From a virus, in the UHGV virus genome UHGV-0185745: 33,261 nucleotides of DNA. One strand, written 5' to 3'. Each line of letters opens with the position of its first letter. Within the stretch, counting starts at the first letter, position 1. Below, in pieces: positions 18,859-27,356 of the stretch. Both the position numbers and the translations under genes were made by a program. The notes beneath the pieces were generated by a model, which worked only from the letters and a program-made list of their open reading frames with translations, was not told the origin of the DNA and searched no databases.

Positions 18859-19367
18859 CAGATTTGACTCACGATGCAGCGCGGCTTGTCCTGGATGCGC
18901 GCCACTGCCCAGCGCATATCCCGCCACAGCTCATCAATGGTGCTGTCAATGCTGTCGGCCTTCTTGTCGCCTTTCGCACTGGCATCCACGCCGCGATAAC
19001 GCTCATAAAGCGATGCGGTCGCCATCGCACACACGGCGCGCTCGTAGTAAAAAACTTTGATGCTTTCACCGTCGATGTCGTCCGCCGGGACGTCCGCCAG
19101 ACGCGTAAAACCGGCAGCAATTTTCTGTTCGCGGTACTCGTACAGCTCCGCATTCGTCTCCGCCATGCCTGACTTGATGGCCTCACGCAGACGGGCGGGG
19201 GCGACGGTCTGCTCAAGGCGCATACGTTCCCGGACGCGCTTCGGGTCGATATCGGGAAAAAAGAACGTGTTTTTAATCACCGGCTCGTCGCCTGCTGGTT
19301 GCGGGATGACCACCGTACCCTCACCGGATACAGGAGCCTCCTTTCGCGGAATAATCAGCGTCATCAT
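18858..19367 (-). CDS. L: Head completion/stabilization protein L, 169 aa
   Basis: ATG at 19367 (MMTLIIP...), P2 length 169 aa; track ORF extended 20 codons upstream. Confidence 0.82.
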   Translation of the reverse strand: MMTLIIPRKEAPVSGEGTVVIPQPAGDEPVIKNTFFFPDIDPKRVRERMRLEQTVAPARLREAIKSGMAETNAELYEYREQKIAAGFTRLADVPADDIDGESIKVFYYERAVCAMATASLYERYRGVDASAKGDKKADSIDSTIDELWRDMRWAVARIQDKPRCIVSQI

Positions 19368-19466
19368 GACTACCTCTGAAAAGTCGGGCGGTGGACGCCG
19401 GTGCAGTGTCAGGTGATTCACCCTCACTGACCGGCGTGCCGCCCTGGCGCGGGGCGCATTCGGTTG

Positions 19467-20210
19467 TTAACTGGCTTTCTTTTTCGGGCGTCCACGTTTT
19501 GCCGGTGTCGCACTCCGGGTCTTACGCGGGGCGCGGGTGGCCGCTTTTGGCTGTGGCTCCGGCTTCGGTTTCAGTTCCCGCTCCAGTCGTTCAATCTCTT
19601 TTTTGACGCCTGCCTGACAGTCGAGCTGTGTCGCACGTTGCAGGTGCGCCAGCGCACCGGCGGCATCACCAGCGTCACGCAGAAACAGACCGGTGATTTT
19701 GTGCAGCTTTGCGCGCACTTCATCAGGCATGTCAGCCGTGGCGGTCAGTTCAAGGGTCTCCGTCAGCAGGCGGGTATCCACAGACTCACCGGCAGCGTGA
19801 GCGCGCATGGCCGCGAGCGCCACCTCCTCGGTGAACATGTACGGCGGGGTGCGGCGGTGTTTACCCGGCATGGTCAGACCGTATTTCAGGGCATAACGGG
19901 CAATCTCCAGCGCACCGGCAATATCGCCGGTATCCAGACGCCACAGCATGACCGTCATCAGAATGTCATCCTGTGCACCTTTGCCCTGCTCCAGCACGCC
20001 GTTCACCCACGGCAACCAGAACGGCAGCAGTTCGCGTTTTTTCGCGGCCTTCAGCTCTTTTGAATAAATCGCTTTCAGTGTGCGCTGGTCTGCGGCCAGC
20101 TTGACCAGCATCTGCTCATAGACAGTTGCATGTCGCAGCGGGGCGGCTTCCCGCTGCGCGGTCATCGCTGCCGAGACCCGCATCATGTGGCGCTGTGCGG
20201 GACTCGTCAT
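19467..20210 (-). CDS. M: Terminase small (endonuclease) subunit M, 247 aa
   Basis: P2 synteny N-M-L and length; basic Lys/Arg/Pro-rich C-terminal tail. Confidence 0.85.
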   Translation of the reverse strand: MTSPAQRHMMRVSAAMTAQREAAPLRHATVYEQMLVKLAADQRTLKAIYSKELKAAKKRELLPFWLPWVNGVLEQGKGAQDDILMTVMLWRLDTGDIAGALEIARYALKYGLTMPGKHRRTPPYMFTEEVALAAMRAHAAGESVDTRLLTETLELTATADMPDEVRAKLHKITGLFLRDAGDAAGALAHLQRATQLDCQAGVKKEIERLERELKPKPEPQPKAATRAPRKTRSATPAKRGRPKKKAS

Positions 20211-20213
20211 CGG

Positions 20214-21287
20214 TTACGCTCCCGGCTCTGCGGTCGCCTTAGCCGGTGTGGAGAAATCACCGACCTTAATTTTTTCCACCAGACAACCGGCGGCATAGTC
20301 TTCCACCACGTAATCAATGTTCATTGACTCGTAGTTCTCCACGCGGTCGAGTTTCGGGTTTTCCACAATCACGCGGCGATGGCTGTCATCCATGTAGTAG
20401 ATGGACAGGTTTTCCAGCTTCGTGATGAGCATCGCATCCGCCGGGAAGTACGGGACGCGTACCGCCGGCAGGTTACCGATGCGTTTCTGGCTGATGATGA
20501 CGTCAGCGGCCAGCATTTCGCTGTTGTCCTGCTCCCTGTTGACGATGGGGAAATACTTGTCCGCCAGTAGCTGACGCCCCACAATCACCACAAGGTCAGG
20601 GTCTTCCTGATACCACGGCTCAATCAGGTTGTTGGTCGCATCCATCACCAGTGCATCGAGGCTGGCATAATCACCGCCCTTACCCACGCGGATGACCTCA
20701 GAGGTCGTGTGACCTTCCTCGTCAGTGACCTTGCTCATCACGCGCGCCGGGGCTTCATTGCGGTATTTCTGCAGCCAGCCGACCGCCACATCCTGCAGCA
20801 TCGGATTGCTGCTGCGGTCAGAGGTTTCGGCACGCCTCACGCCGTTAAAACCGGCCATGATTAAATCAAGGGACTGGCGTTTGATAATGGCGTTACGGAC
20901 ACGGAGCTGGAAATCCTGATAACGCGCCCACAGGTCCAGCGTTTTGTAGCGGATATAAAAATCGAAGTTAATCTGGTCGCATTCGTACTTGTTTGACGCC
21001 AGCTTCGAGAAGTCCTTCGGCTGACGTTCGGTGCCACCGGCGGTGTCGGTGGTGCTGGCGATGGAGCCGGTGACACCAATACCAATTTTTTCCCCTTTCA
21101 TTTCGCTGACCGGCACAATGTTGATGCGGGTCAGAAAGTCAGAGGACTCCTGCATGGTGTTCATCAGGGTCTGGGTGACCGACGGTTCAACGGTGAATTT
21201 TTTCGACACATCACCGGCGTCGATGCCGTTCAGTTCGGCAACACGGGACAGGTAGGCATTAAATTTAAAGCGGGTTTCCTGGCGCAT
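20214..21287 (-). CDS. N: Major capsid protein N, 357 aa
   Basis: P2 synteny O-N-M and length. Confidence 0.9.
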   Translation of the reverse strand: MRQETRFKFNAYLSRVAELNGIDAGDVSKKFTVEPSVTQTLMNTMQESSDFLTRINIVPVSEMKGEKIGIGVTGSIASTTDTAGGTERQPKDFSKLASNKYECDQINFDFYIRYKTLDLWARYQDFQLRVRNAIIKRQSLDLIMAGFNGVRRAETSDRSSNPMLQDVAVGWLQKYRNEAPARVMSKVTDEEGHTTSEVIRVGKGGDYASLDALVMDATNNLIEPWYQEDPDLVVIVGRQLLADKYFPIVNREQDNSEMLAADVIISQKRIGNLPAVRVPYFPADAMLITKLENLSIYYMDDSHRRVIVENPKLDRVENYESMNIDYVVEDYAAGCLVEKIKVGDFSTPAKATAEPGA

Positions 21288-21345
21288 AGTTTTTCCTGAA
21301 ATTAAGGGTTAATCGTGAAGGTTTTCCCGGACTGACTGACGCCGG

Positions 21346-22200
21346 TCAGCAGTTCGTCATCAGGGCGTCACCGCCACCGCCGGTGGCCTTGCTGCGGCGC
21401 TGCTGGGTCAGACTTTCGGTGTGGTCGAGACTGTTTTTCAGGCGGGTGAATGCCTGGCTGGTTTCATCCGCCCTGTCAGTCACCTCCTGCTTAAGTGCGG
21501 AAAAGGCGGTTTCCACCTCAGCGAGGCGCTGCTCAGTGGCGCTCAGTTTTTCCTGCACATGTTCAGCAACAGCGGTCACCGCTTCATGCACGTCATTCAG
21601 ACGGGCGTCATCGCTGGCCTGTTTGCGGCCAAAAATGGATTTCACCTTTTCGGTCAGGGCGGTGAACACGGTTTCAGGCAGGTCTTCAAATTCCAGCTCA
21701 ACGGGCGTTGCCACTGAAATCAGGTTTTCAGGGCTTAATTTGAAGCGGTTCAGAGGGTTGTGTTTTGCCGTGCGGCAGAATTCCAGGTATTCCGTGCCGA
21801 GGCTTGCCGGGTCATCGGTGACGGCCAGCCCCACCAGATAACATTTGCCGGTGTTGGCAAAGTTCGGCTGAATTTCCATTGAGGTGTAGACCTTCTGCGC
21901 GGCCTTGTTCATCGCGATAAGGTCATCGGTCGGGGTGATTTTCGCAAACAGCGCCCATTTGCCTTTCAGCGCCGAATCATCGTCAATCTTTTCGGCCTTC
22001 AGTTCGGCCACATCGCCATAACGTTTAAAAATACCGTCAGGCAGGATGCCGCGCAGATGTTCCAGGTTAATGCGGCAACCATAGACACGCGGGTCAAAGG
22101 TTTCGGCCATTTCCTGAATATCCTGCGCACTGATGACACGCCCGTCACAGGTGTCACCCTCAACGCCGATACGAAAGAATTTTGAGACTTTTTTTGCCAT
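21346..22200 (-). CDS. O: Capsid scaffolding protein O, 284 aa
   Basis: ATG at 22200 (MAKKVSKFFRIGVEGDTCDGR...), P2 length; track ORF extended upstream. Confidence 0.85.
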   Translation of the reverse strand: MAKKVSKFFRIGVEGDTCDGRVISAQDIQEMAETFDPRVYGCRINLEHLRGILPDGIFKRYGDVAELKAEKIDDDSALKGKWALFAKITPTDDLIAMNKAAQKVYTSMEIQPNFANTGKCYLVGLAVTDDPASLGTEYLEFCRTAKHNPLNRFKLSPENLISVATPVELEFEDLPETVFTALTEKVKSIFGRKQASDDARLNDVHEAVTAVAEHVQEKLSATEQRLAEVETAFSALKQEVTDRADETSQAFTRLKNSLDHTESLTQQRRSKATGGGGDALMTNC

Positions 22201-22373
22201 TGTCAGGAGTCCTGAATAGTGATTAGAGGAGTCACATGTCGGCATCAGTTTCCCGACGATGCGCATCCTCCGCCATCAGTCCCGGATGGCTTATCACTGA
22301 CACAACAGCACCTTAGCGAATCGCGGGGCGCGACTCAGTAGCCTTGCCGTGTATTCATCACGGCGAGGTATTC
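22201..22373. promoter_or_regulatory. Divergent late-promoter region between O and P (expected Ogr-dependent P_O/P_P)
   Basis: 173-bp gap between divergently transcribed late operons; by P2 organisation. No perfect TGT-N12-ACA dyad found, only partial (TGG-N12-ACA at 22287-22304). Confidence 0.4.
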
Positions 22374-24146
22374 ATGACCATCACCACAGACACCACTCTT
22401 TTACACGACCCGCGTCGTCAGGCGGCGCTGCTGTACTGGCAGGGGTTTTCCGTGCCGCAGATTGCCGCCATGTTGCAGATGAAACGCCCGACGGTGCAGA
22501 GCTGGAAACAGCGCGACGGCTGGGACAGCGTTGCTCCCATCAGCCGTGTCGAAATGAGTCTGGAAGCGCGGCTGACCCAGCTCATCATAAAACCGCAGAA
22601 AACCGGCGGTGACTTCAAGGAAATTGACCTGCTCGGACGCCAGATTGAACGACTGGCACGGGTAAACCGCTACAACCAGACCGGCAACGAGGCAGACCTT
22701 AATCCGAACATCGCTAACCGCAACAAAGGCGGGCGGCGCAAACCGAAAAAGAATTTTTTCAGTGACGAGGCCATCGAAAAGCTGGAGCAGATTTTCTTTG
22801 AGCAGTCTTTCGACTATCAGTTGCACTGGTATCGCGCCGGGCTTGAGCACCGCATCCGCGATATCCTGAAATCCCGCCAGATTGGCGCGACGTTTTATTT
22901 TTCCCGCGAGGCGCTGCTGCGCGCCCTGAAAACCGGCCATAACCAGATTTTTCTGTCGGCCAGTAAAACGCAGGCGTATGTATTCCGTGAATACATCATC
23001 GCCTTTGCCCGTCTGGTTGACGTTGACCTGACCGGTGACCCGATTGTCCTGGGCAATAACGGCGCAAAACTGATTTTTCTCGGCACCAACTCCAACACCG
23101 CACAGAGCCATAACGGCGACCTGTACGTCGATGAGATTTTCTGGATCCCGAATTTTCAGGTACTGCGTAAGGTGGCATCAGGTATGGCCTCACAGAGTCA
23201 CCTGCGCTCGACCTATTTCTCCACCCCGTCCACGCTGGCGCACGACGCCTACCCGTTCTGGTCGGGTGAACTGTTCAACCGGGGACGCGCCAGCGCCGCC
23301 GAACGCGTGGAAATCGACGTCAGTCATAACGCCCTTGCCAGAGGTCTTCTCTGTGCGGACGGCCAGTGGCGGCAGATTGTCACCATTGAGGACGCCCTGA
23401 AAGGTGGCTGCACACTGTTCGACATTGAGCAGCTCAAACGTGAAAACAGCGCCGACGATTTTAAAAACCTGTTCATGTGTGAATTTGTTGACGACAAGGC
23501 GTCGGTGTTCCCGTTCGAGGAGCTGCAACGCTGCATGGTCGACACACTGGAAGAATGGGAAGACTACGCACCGTTTGCCGCCAATCCGTTCGGCTCCCGT
23601 CCGGTATGGATTGGTTACGACCCGTCACACCGTGGCGACAGTGCCGGATGCGTGGTGCTGGCACCGCCGGTGGTGGCCGGTGGCAAATTCAGAATACTTG
23701 AGCGTCACCAGTGGAAAGGCATGGACTTTGCCACCCAGGCGGAATCCATCCGCAAACTCACCGAAAAATATAACGTTGAATACATCGGGATTGATGCCAC
23801 CGGCCTCGGTGTCGGTGTGTTCCAGCTCGTGCGCTCGTTCTATCCCGCCGCGCGCGATATCCGCTACACGCCGGAAATGAAAACCGCAATGGTGCTCAAG
23901 GCAAAAGACGTTATCCGCCGTGGCTGTCTGGAATATGACGTCAGCGCCACCGACATCACCAGCTCGTTTATGGCTATCCGCAAGACCATGACCAGCAGCG
24001 GACGCAGCGCCACCTATGAGGCCAGCCGCAGCGAGGAAGCCAGCCACGCCGACCTCGCCTGGGCGACCATGCACGCCCTGTTAAATGAGCCACTCACCGC
24101 CGGTATCAGCACCCCGCTGACATCCACCATTCTGGAGTTTTACTGA
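22374..24146 (+). CDS. P: Terminase large (ATPase) subunit P, 590 aa
   Basis: ATG 22374 with GAGG 5 nt upstream (the track ORF starts at an upstream TTG); 590 aa as in P2; stop overlaps the Q start (ATGA). Confidence 0.9.
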   Translation: MTITTDTTLLHDPRRQAALLYWQGFSVPQIAAMLQMKRPTVQSWKQRDGWDSVAPISRVEMSLEARLTQLIIKPQKTGGDFKEIDLLGRQIERLARVNRYNQTGNEADLNPNIANRNKGGRRKPKKNFFSDEAIEKLEQIFFEQSFDYQLHWYRAGLEHRIRDILKSRQIGATFYFSREALLRALKTGHNQIFLSASKTQAYVFREYIIAFARLVDVDLTGDPIVLGNNGAKLIFLGTNSNTAQSHNGDLYVDEIFWIPNFQVLRKVASGMASQSHLRSTYFSTPSTLAHDAYPFWSGELFNRGRASAAERVEIDVSHNALARGLLCADGQWRQIVTIEDALKGGCTLFDIEQLKRENSADDFKNLFMCEFVDDKASVFPFEELQRCMVDTLEEWEDYAPFAANPFGSRPVWIGYDPSHRGDSAGCVVLAPPVVAGGKFRILERHQWKGMDFATQAESIRKLTEKYNVEYIGIDATGLGVGVFQLVRSFYPAARDIRYTPEMKTAMVLKAKDVIRRGCLEYDVSATDITSSFMAIRKTMTSSGRSATYEASRSEEASHADLAWATMHALLNEPLTAGISTPLTSTILEFY

Positions 24147-25180
24147 TGAGCAAGAAAAAAGGGAAAACACCGCGACCTGCGGCAAAAAAAATGACTGCCA
24201 GCGCCCCGAAAATGGAGGCATTCACCTTTGGTGAGCCGGTACCGGTACTCGACCGCCGTGACATTCTGGATTACGTCGAATGCATCAGTAACGGCAGATG
24301 GTATGAGCCACCGGTCAGCTTTACCGGTCTGGCAAAAAGCCTGCGTGCCGCCGTGCATCACAGCTCGCCGATTTACGTCAAACGCAATATTCTGGCCTCG
24401 ACATTTATCCCGCATCCGTGGCTTTCACAACAGGATTTCAGCCGCTTTGTGCTGGATTTTCTGGTGTTCGGTAATGCGTTTCTGGAAAAGCGTTACAGCA
24501 CCACCGGTAAGGTCATCAGGCTGGAAACCTCACCGGCAAAATATACCCGCCGTGGCGTGGAAGAGGATGTTTACTGGTGGGTGCCGTCCTTCAACGAGCC
24601 GACAGCCTTCGCGCCCGGCTCCGTGTTTCACCTGCTGGAGCCGGATATTAATCAGGAGTTGTACGGCCTGCCGGAATATCTCAGCGCCCTTAACTCTGCC
24701 TGGCTGAATGAGTCGGCCACGCTGTTCCGCCGCAAGTATTACGAAAATGGCGCACATGCCGGATACATCATGTACGTCACCGATGCCGTGCAGGATCGCA
24801 ACGATATCGAAATGCTTCGCGAAAACATGGTGAAGTCGAAAGGCCGCAATAACTTTAAAAATCTGTTTCTCTATGCCCCACAGGGGAAAGCCGACGGTAT
24901 TAAAATTATCCCCCTCAGTGAAGTGGCAACGAAGGACGATTTTTTTAATATCAAAAAAGCCAGCGCCGCTGACCTGCTGGACGCGCACCGCATCCCCTTT
25001 CAGTTGATGGGCGGCAAGCCGGAGAACGTCGGATCGCTGGGTGATATTGAGAAAGTGGCAAAGGTCTTTGTCCGCAATGAGCTTATCCCGTTACAGGACA
25101 GGATTCGGGAAATAAACGGCTGGCTCGGTCAGGAGGTCATCCGCTTTAAAAACTACTCACTGGACACTGACAACGGCTGA
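24146..25180 (+). CDS. Q: Portal protein Q, 344 aa
   Basis: P2 synteny P-Q-cos and length. Confidence 0.9.
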   Translation: MSKKKGKTPRPAAKKMTASAPKMEAFTFGEPVPVLDRRDILDYVECISNGRWYEPPVSFTGLAKSLRAAVHHSSPIYVKRNILASTFIPHPWLSQQDFSRFVLDFLVFGNAFLEKRYSTTGKVIRLETSPAKYTRRGVEEDVYWWVPSFNEPTAFAPGSVFHLLEPDINQELYGLPEYLSALNSAWLNESATLFRRKYYENGAHAGYIMYVTDAVQDRNDIEMLRENMVKSKGRNNFKNLFLYAPQGKADGIKIIPLSEVATKDDFFNIKKASAADLLDAHRIPFQLMGGKPENVGSLGDIEKVAKVFVRNELIPLQDRIREINGWLGQEVIRFKNYSLDTDNG

Positions 25181-25185
25181 ACATC

Positions 25186-25207
25186 GCCGCCTGCGGGCGG
25201 CTTTTTT
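25186..25207 (+). terminator. Intrinsic terminator after Q
   Basis: GCCGCC-TGCG-GGCGGC stem-loop followed by TTTTTT, 6 nt after the Q stop. Confidence 0.65.
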
Positions 25208-25349
25208 ACACCCCGTCATCACGCCCTCACACGCTCACCTCCACGCAAAACAGCCCGCAGACACACCAGCGCCCCGGCACACAATCTAAACGCCATCACG
25301 ACGCGCTCAGACGCTGAAAAAATAAAATCAGCACCACCGCCAGCGCGCA

Positions 25350-25368
25350 GTGCTTTCCCCGCCTCGCC
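25350..25368. other. cos site (19-nt cohesive-end sequence of P2 type)
   Basis: GTGCTTTCCCCGCCTCGCC is the reverse complement of the P2 cohesive end GGCGAGGCGGGGAAAGCAC as I recall it; located ~170 bp after Q, as in P2. Confidence 0.75.
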
Positions 25369-25641
25369 CGCCCGCTTCATGTTGCGGTTTTAATGCAAGT
25401 GCATAAACACGTCGAAACAGCACCAGTATTGGCGTAGTTGGCAAAGGGCATGAAATCAAAACACATGCAATTTAATGCAATAACGTCAGTATTACCAAGG
25501 ACAACAGAAACTAAGGTAATATCGCATAAAAAACCGACGAATCATGTCGTAGATTCAACTTTATCAGGCAGTTTTCACCGGTAGTACACAATTAAGTCTG
25601 ACGTCTTGTTCCTATTGAGTAGATTAAGATCTCGAATCTTC

Positions 25642-25670
25642 TTGACACTGATGCGCTCATCCTTATTCTG
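25642..25670 (+). promoter_or_regulatory. Candidate sigma70 promoter for the SIR2-like gene (TTGACA-N16-TATTCT)
   Basis: Perfect -35 TTGACA at 25642-25647; weak -10; ~95 nt upstream of the ATG. Confidence 0.3.
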
Positions 25671-25762
25671 CCAAAACATATGTCGCTTTTTGAAAGTCTG
25701 TTTGAAGTTTTATCTGCTATTTGGTTGTATAGAGATAACGATGATCAACTTCGAGAATTAAT

Positions 25763-27244
25763 ATGGAAATCAAAGAATTTGTCAGCCAGTACAAAAACCA
25801 CCCAGTTCTTTTTATAGGCACAGGTTTTAGTCTAAGATATCTGCAAAACTCATTCAGTTGGGATGGGTTATTGATGAAAATTGCCGTTGATTTAACTGGC
25901 AACCCTGAATTTTATTATGATCTTAAATCGGAAAGTATTGAAGGTGACGAATACAGATACGACATTCTTGCAACAAAATTAGAGAATATCTTCAATAAGA
26001 AACTCGCCGAAGACAGAAACGGAAAGTTTGAAAGCATCAATGATATTTTCTACGAGAACATGAGTCATGGAAAAAAACTTAGCCGATTCAAAATATACCT
26101 AACATCAATATTAAAAGACTCACCTCTCAAAGAAGATTTAAGAGATGAAATTAACAGCTTAATAAAAACAAGAAAGAATATTGGCTCAATTATTACTACC
26201 AATTACGATCAACTTATCGAAAATTTATTCGATTTCTCTCCGCTTATTGGCAACAATATATTGCTAAGCAATCCATATGGCTCGGTATATAAAATACACG
26301 GTTGTGTTAGTGACCCCAATAACATAATCATAACATCTGATGATTATAATAACTTTAATGACAAATATGAGTTAATACGTGCTCAACTATTATCTATATT
26401 CATTCACAACCCCATTATTTTTTTAGGATATAGCATCAGCGACAAGAATATTAAATACCTCCTGCAGACAATATTTTCATATGTAGATCTAAATACTGAA
26501 CTAGCAAAAAAAATAAAAGACAACTTTCTCCTTGTTGAATATGATGAGGGGAACATGTCTACAACTATTTCTGAACATGATATTAACATTGAAGGTTTAT
26601 CCATTATAAGAATTAACAAAATCAAAACAGACAATTACAAAGCCGTTTACGATGCCATATCTAATTTAATTCTCCCTGTTTCCGCAATGGATATAAGAAA
26701 AGTACAAAAAGTCTGGAATACAATAAAAAGTGGCGGTGAAATCAAGGTAAAAATCACGGAAAACCTCGATGAATTACGGAATGAAGAAATGGTAATCGCT
26801 GTAGGCTCAGAAAGAACTGTTACCTACGAATACCAGACAAAATCTGAAATGATTCAAAATTACTTTAAAATTGTCGATGAAGCTAACGCACAACTCATTG
26901 CACTTTTGAATAAACAAACTATCACAAATCATGAGCACTTTCCAATTTACGCATTTAGTTCTGTATGCCCTGAATTAGAAAACGTTCAGCTATACAAAGA
27001 CAGACAATTGGATAAGATAATAAATCAACTCACTAGAATTAAAGCGTGCAAATGTGATGCAACAACAATAGATGAGATATTAGAAACAACAAAAGAATAT
27101 AAAGTAGCCAATACAATCATGTATTGTGTACTTAATGACACAATTTCCTTAGCACAACTCAGAAAATATCTTATCTCTATATCACACAAAATAGATACTC
27201 ATTACCGTAAATTATTGTGCCTGTATGATTTTCTATCATACTAA
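25763..27244 (+). CDS. SIR2-like domain protein (putative NAD+-hydrolysing defence effector), 493 aa; C-terminal ~250 aa of unknown function
   Basis: N-terminal Rossmann-type VLFIGTGFS (aa 15-23), IITTNYDQLIE (N147, D149), KIHGC (H179), FLGYSISD (aa 220-227): the pattern I associate with SIR2_2-type domains of ThsA/DSR proteins; strongly AT-rich; sits at the P2 tin/old slot. Confidence 0.5.
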   Translation: MEIKEFVSQYKNHPVLFIGTGFSLRYLQNSFSWDGLLMKIAVDLTGNPEFYYDLKSESIEGDEYRYDILATKLENIFNKKLAEDRNGKFESINDIFYENMSHGKKLSRFKIYLTSILKDSPLKEDLRDEINSLIKTRKNIGSIITTNYDQLIENLFDFSPLIGNNILLSNPYGSVYKIHGCVSDPNNIIITSDDYNNFNDKYELIRAQLLSIFIHNPIIFLGYSISDKNIKYLLQTIFSYVDLNTELAKKIKDNFLLVEYDEGNMSTTISEHDINIEGLSIIRINKIKTDNYKAVYDAISNLILPVSAMDIRKVQKVWNTIKSGGEIKVKITENLDELRNEEMVIAVGSERTVTYEYQTKSEMIQNYFKIVDEANAQLIALLNKQTITNHEHFPIYAFSSVCPELENVQLYKDRQLDKIINQLTRIKACKCDATTIDEILETTKEYKVANTIMYCVLNDTISLAQLRKYLISISHKIDTHYRKLLCLYDFLSY

Positions 27245-27259
27245 GCATAAAAATATATA

Positions 27260-27290
27260 AACCGTCAGAATGAACTGACGGTTTATATTT
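27260..27290. terminator. Bidirectional intrinsic terminator between convergent SIR2-like gene and A
   Basis: AACCGTCAG-AATGAA-CTGACGGTT hairpin flanked by an A-tract upstream and TATATTT downstream. Confidence 0.55.
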
Positions 27291-27356
27291 ATTACATAGC
27301 CCCATATGTACAGAACGCTATTCCCCTTATTCACAACTAATAAAAACCGAAGATTC

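Noticed and set aside
22201-22373. Explicit Ogr-box (TGT-N12-ACA) coordinates for late promoters
   Set aside because: Only partial matches found by eye; not reported as discrete sites without a proper motif scan.
22401-23111. 236-aa minus-strand ORF inside terminase gene P
   Set aside because: Antisense overlap with a conserved essential gene; no independent start signals.
25717-25902. 61-aa minus-strand ORF overlapping the start of the SIR2-like gene
   Set aside because: Overlaps the promoter and start of a much better supported gene on the other strand.
25763-27244. Thoeris (ThsA/ThsB) assignment for the SIR2-like gene
   Set aside because: No TIR-domain partner gene anywhere in the island and no recognisable SLOG-type C-terminal domain; treated as a stand-alone SIR2-like protein instead.
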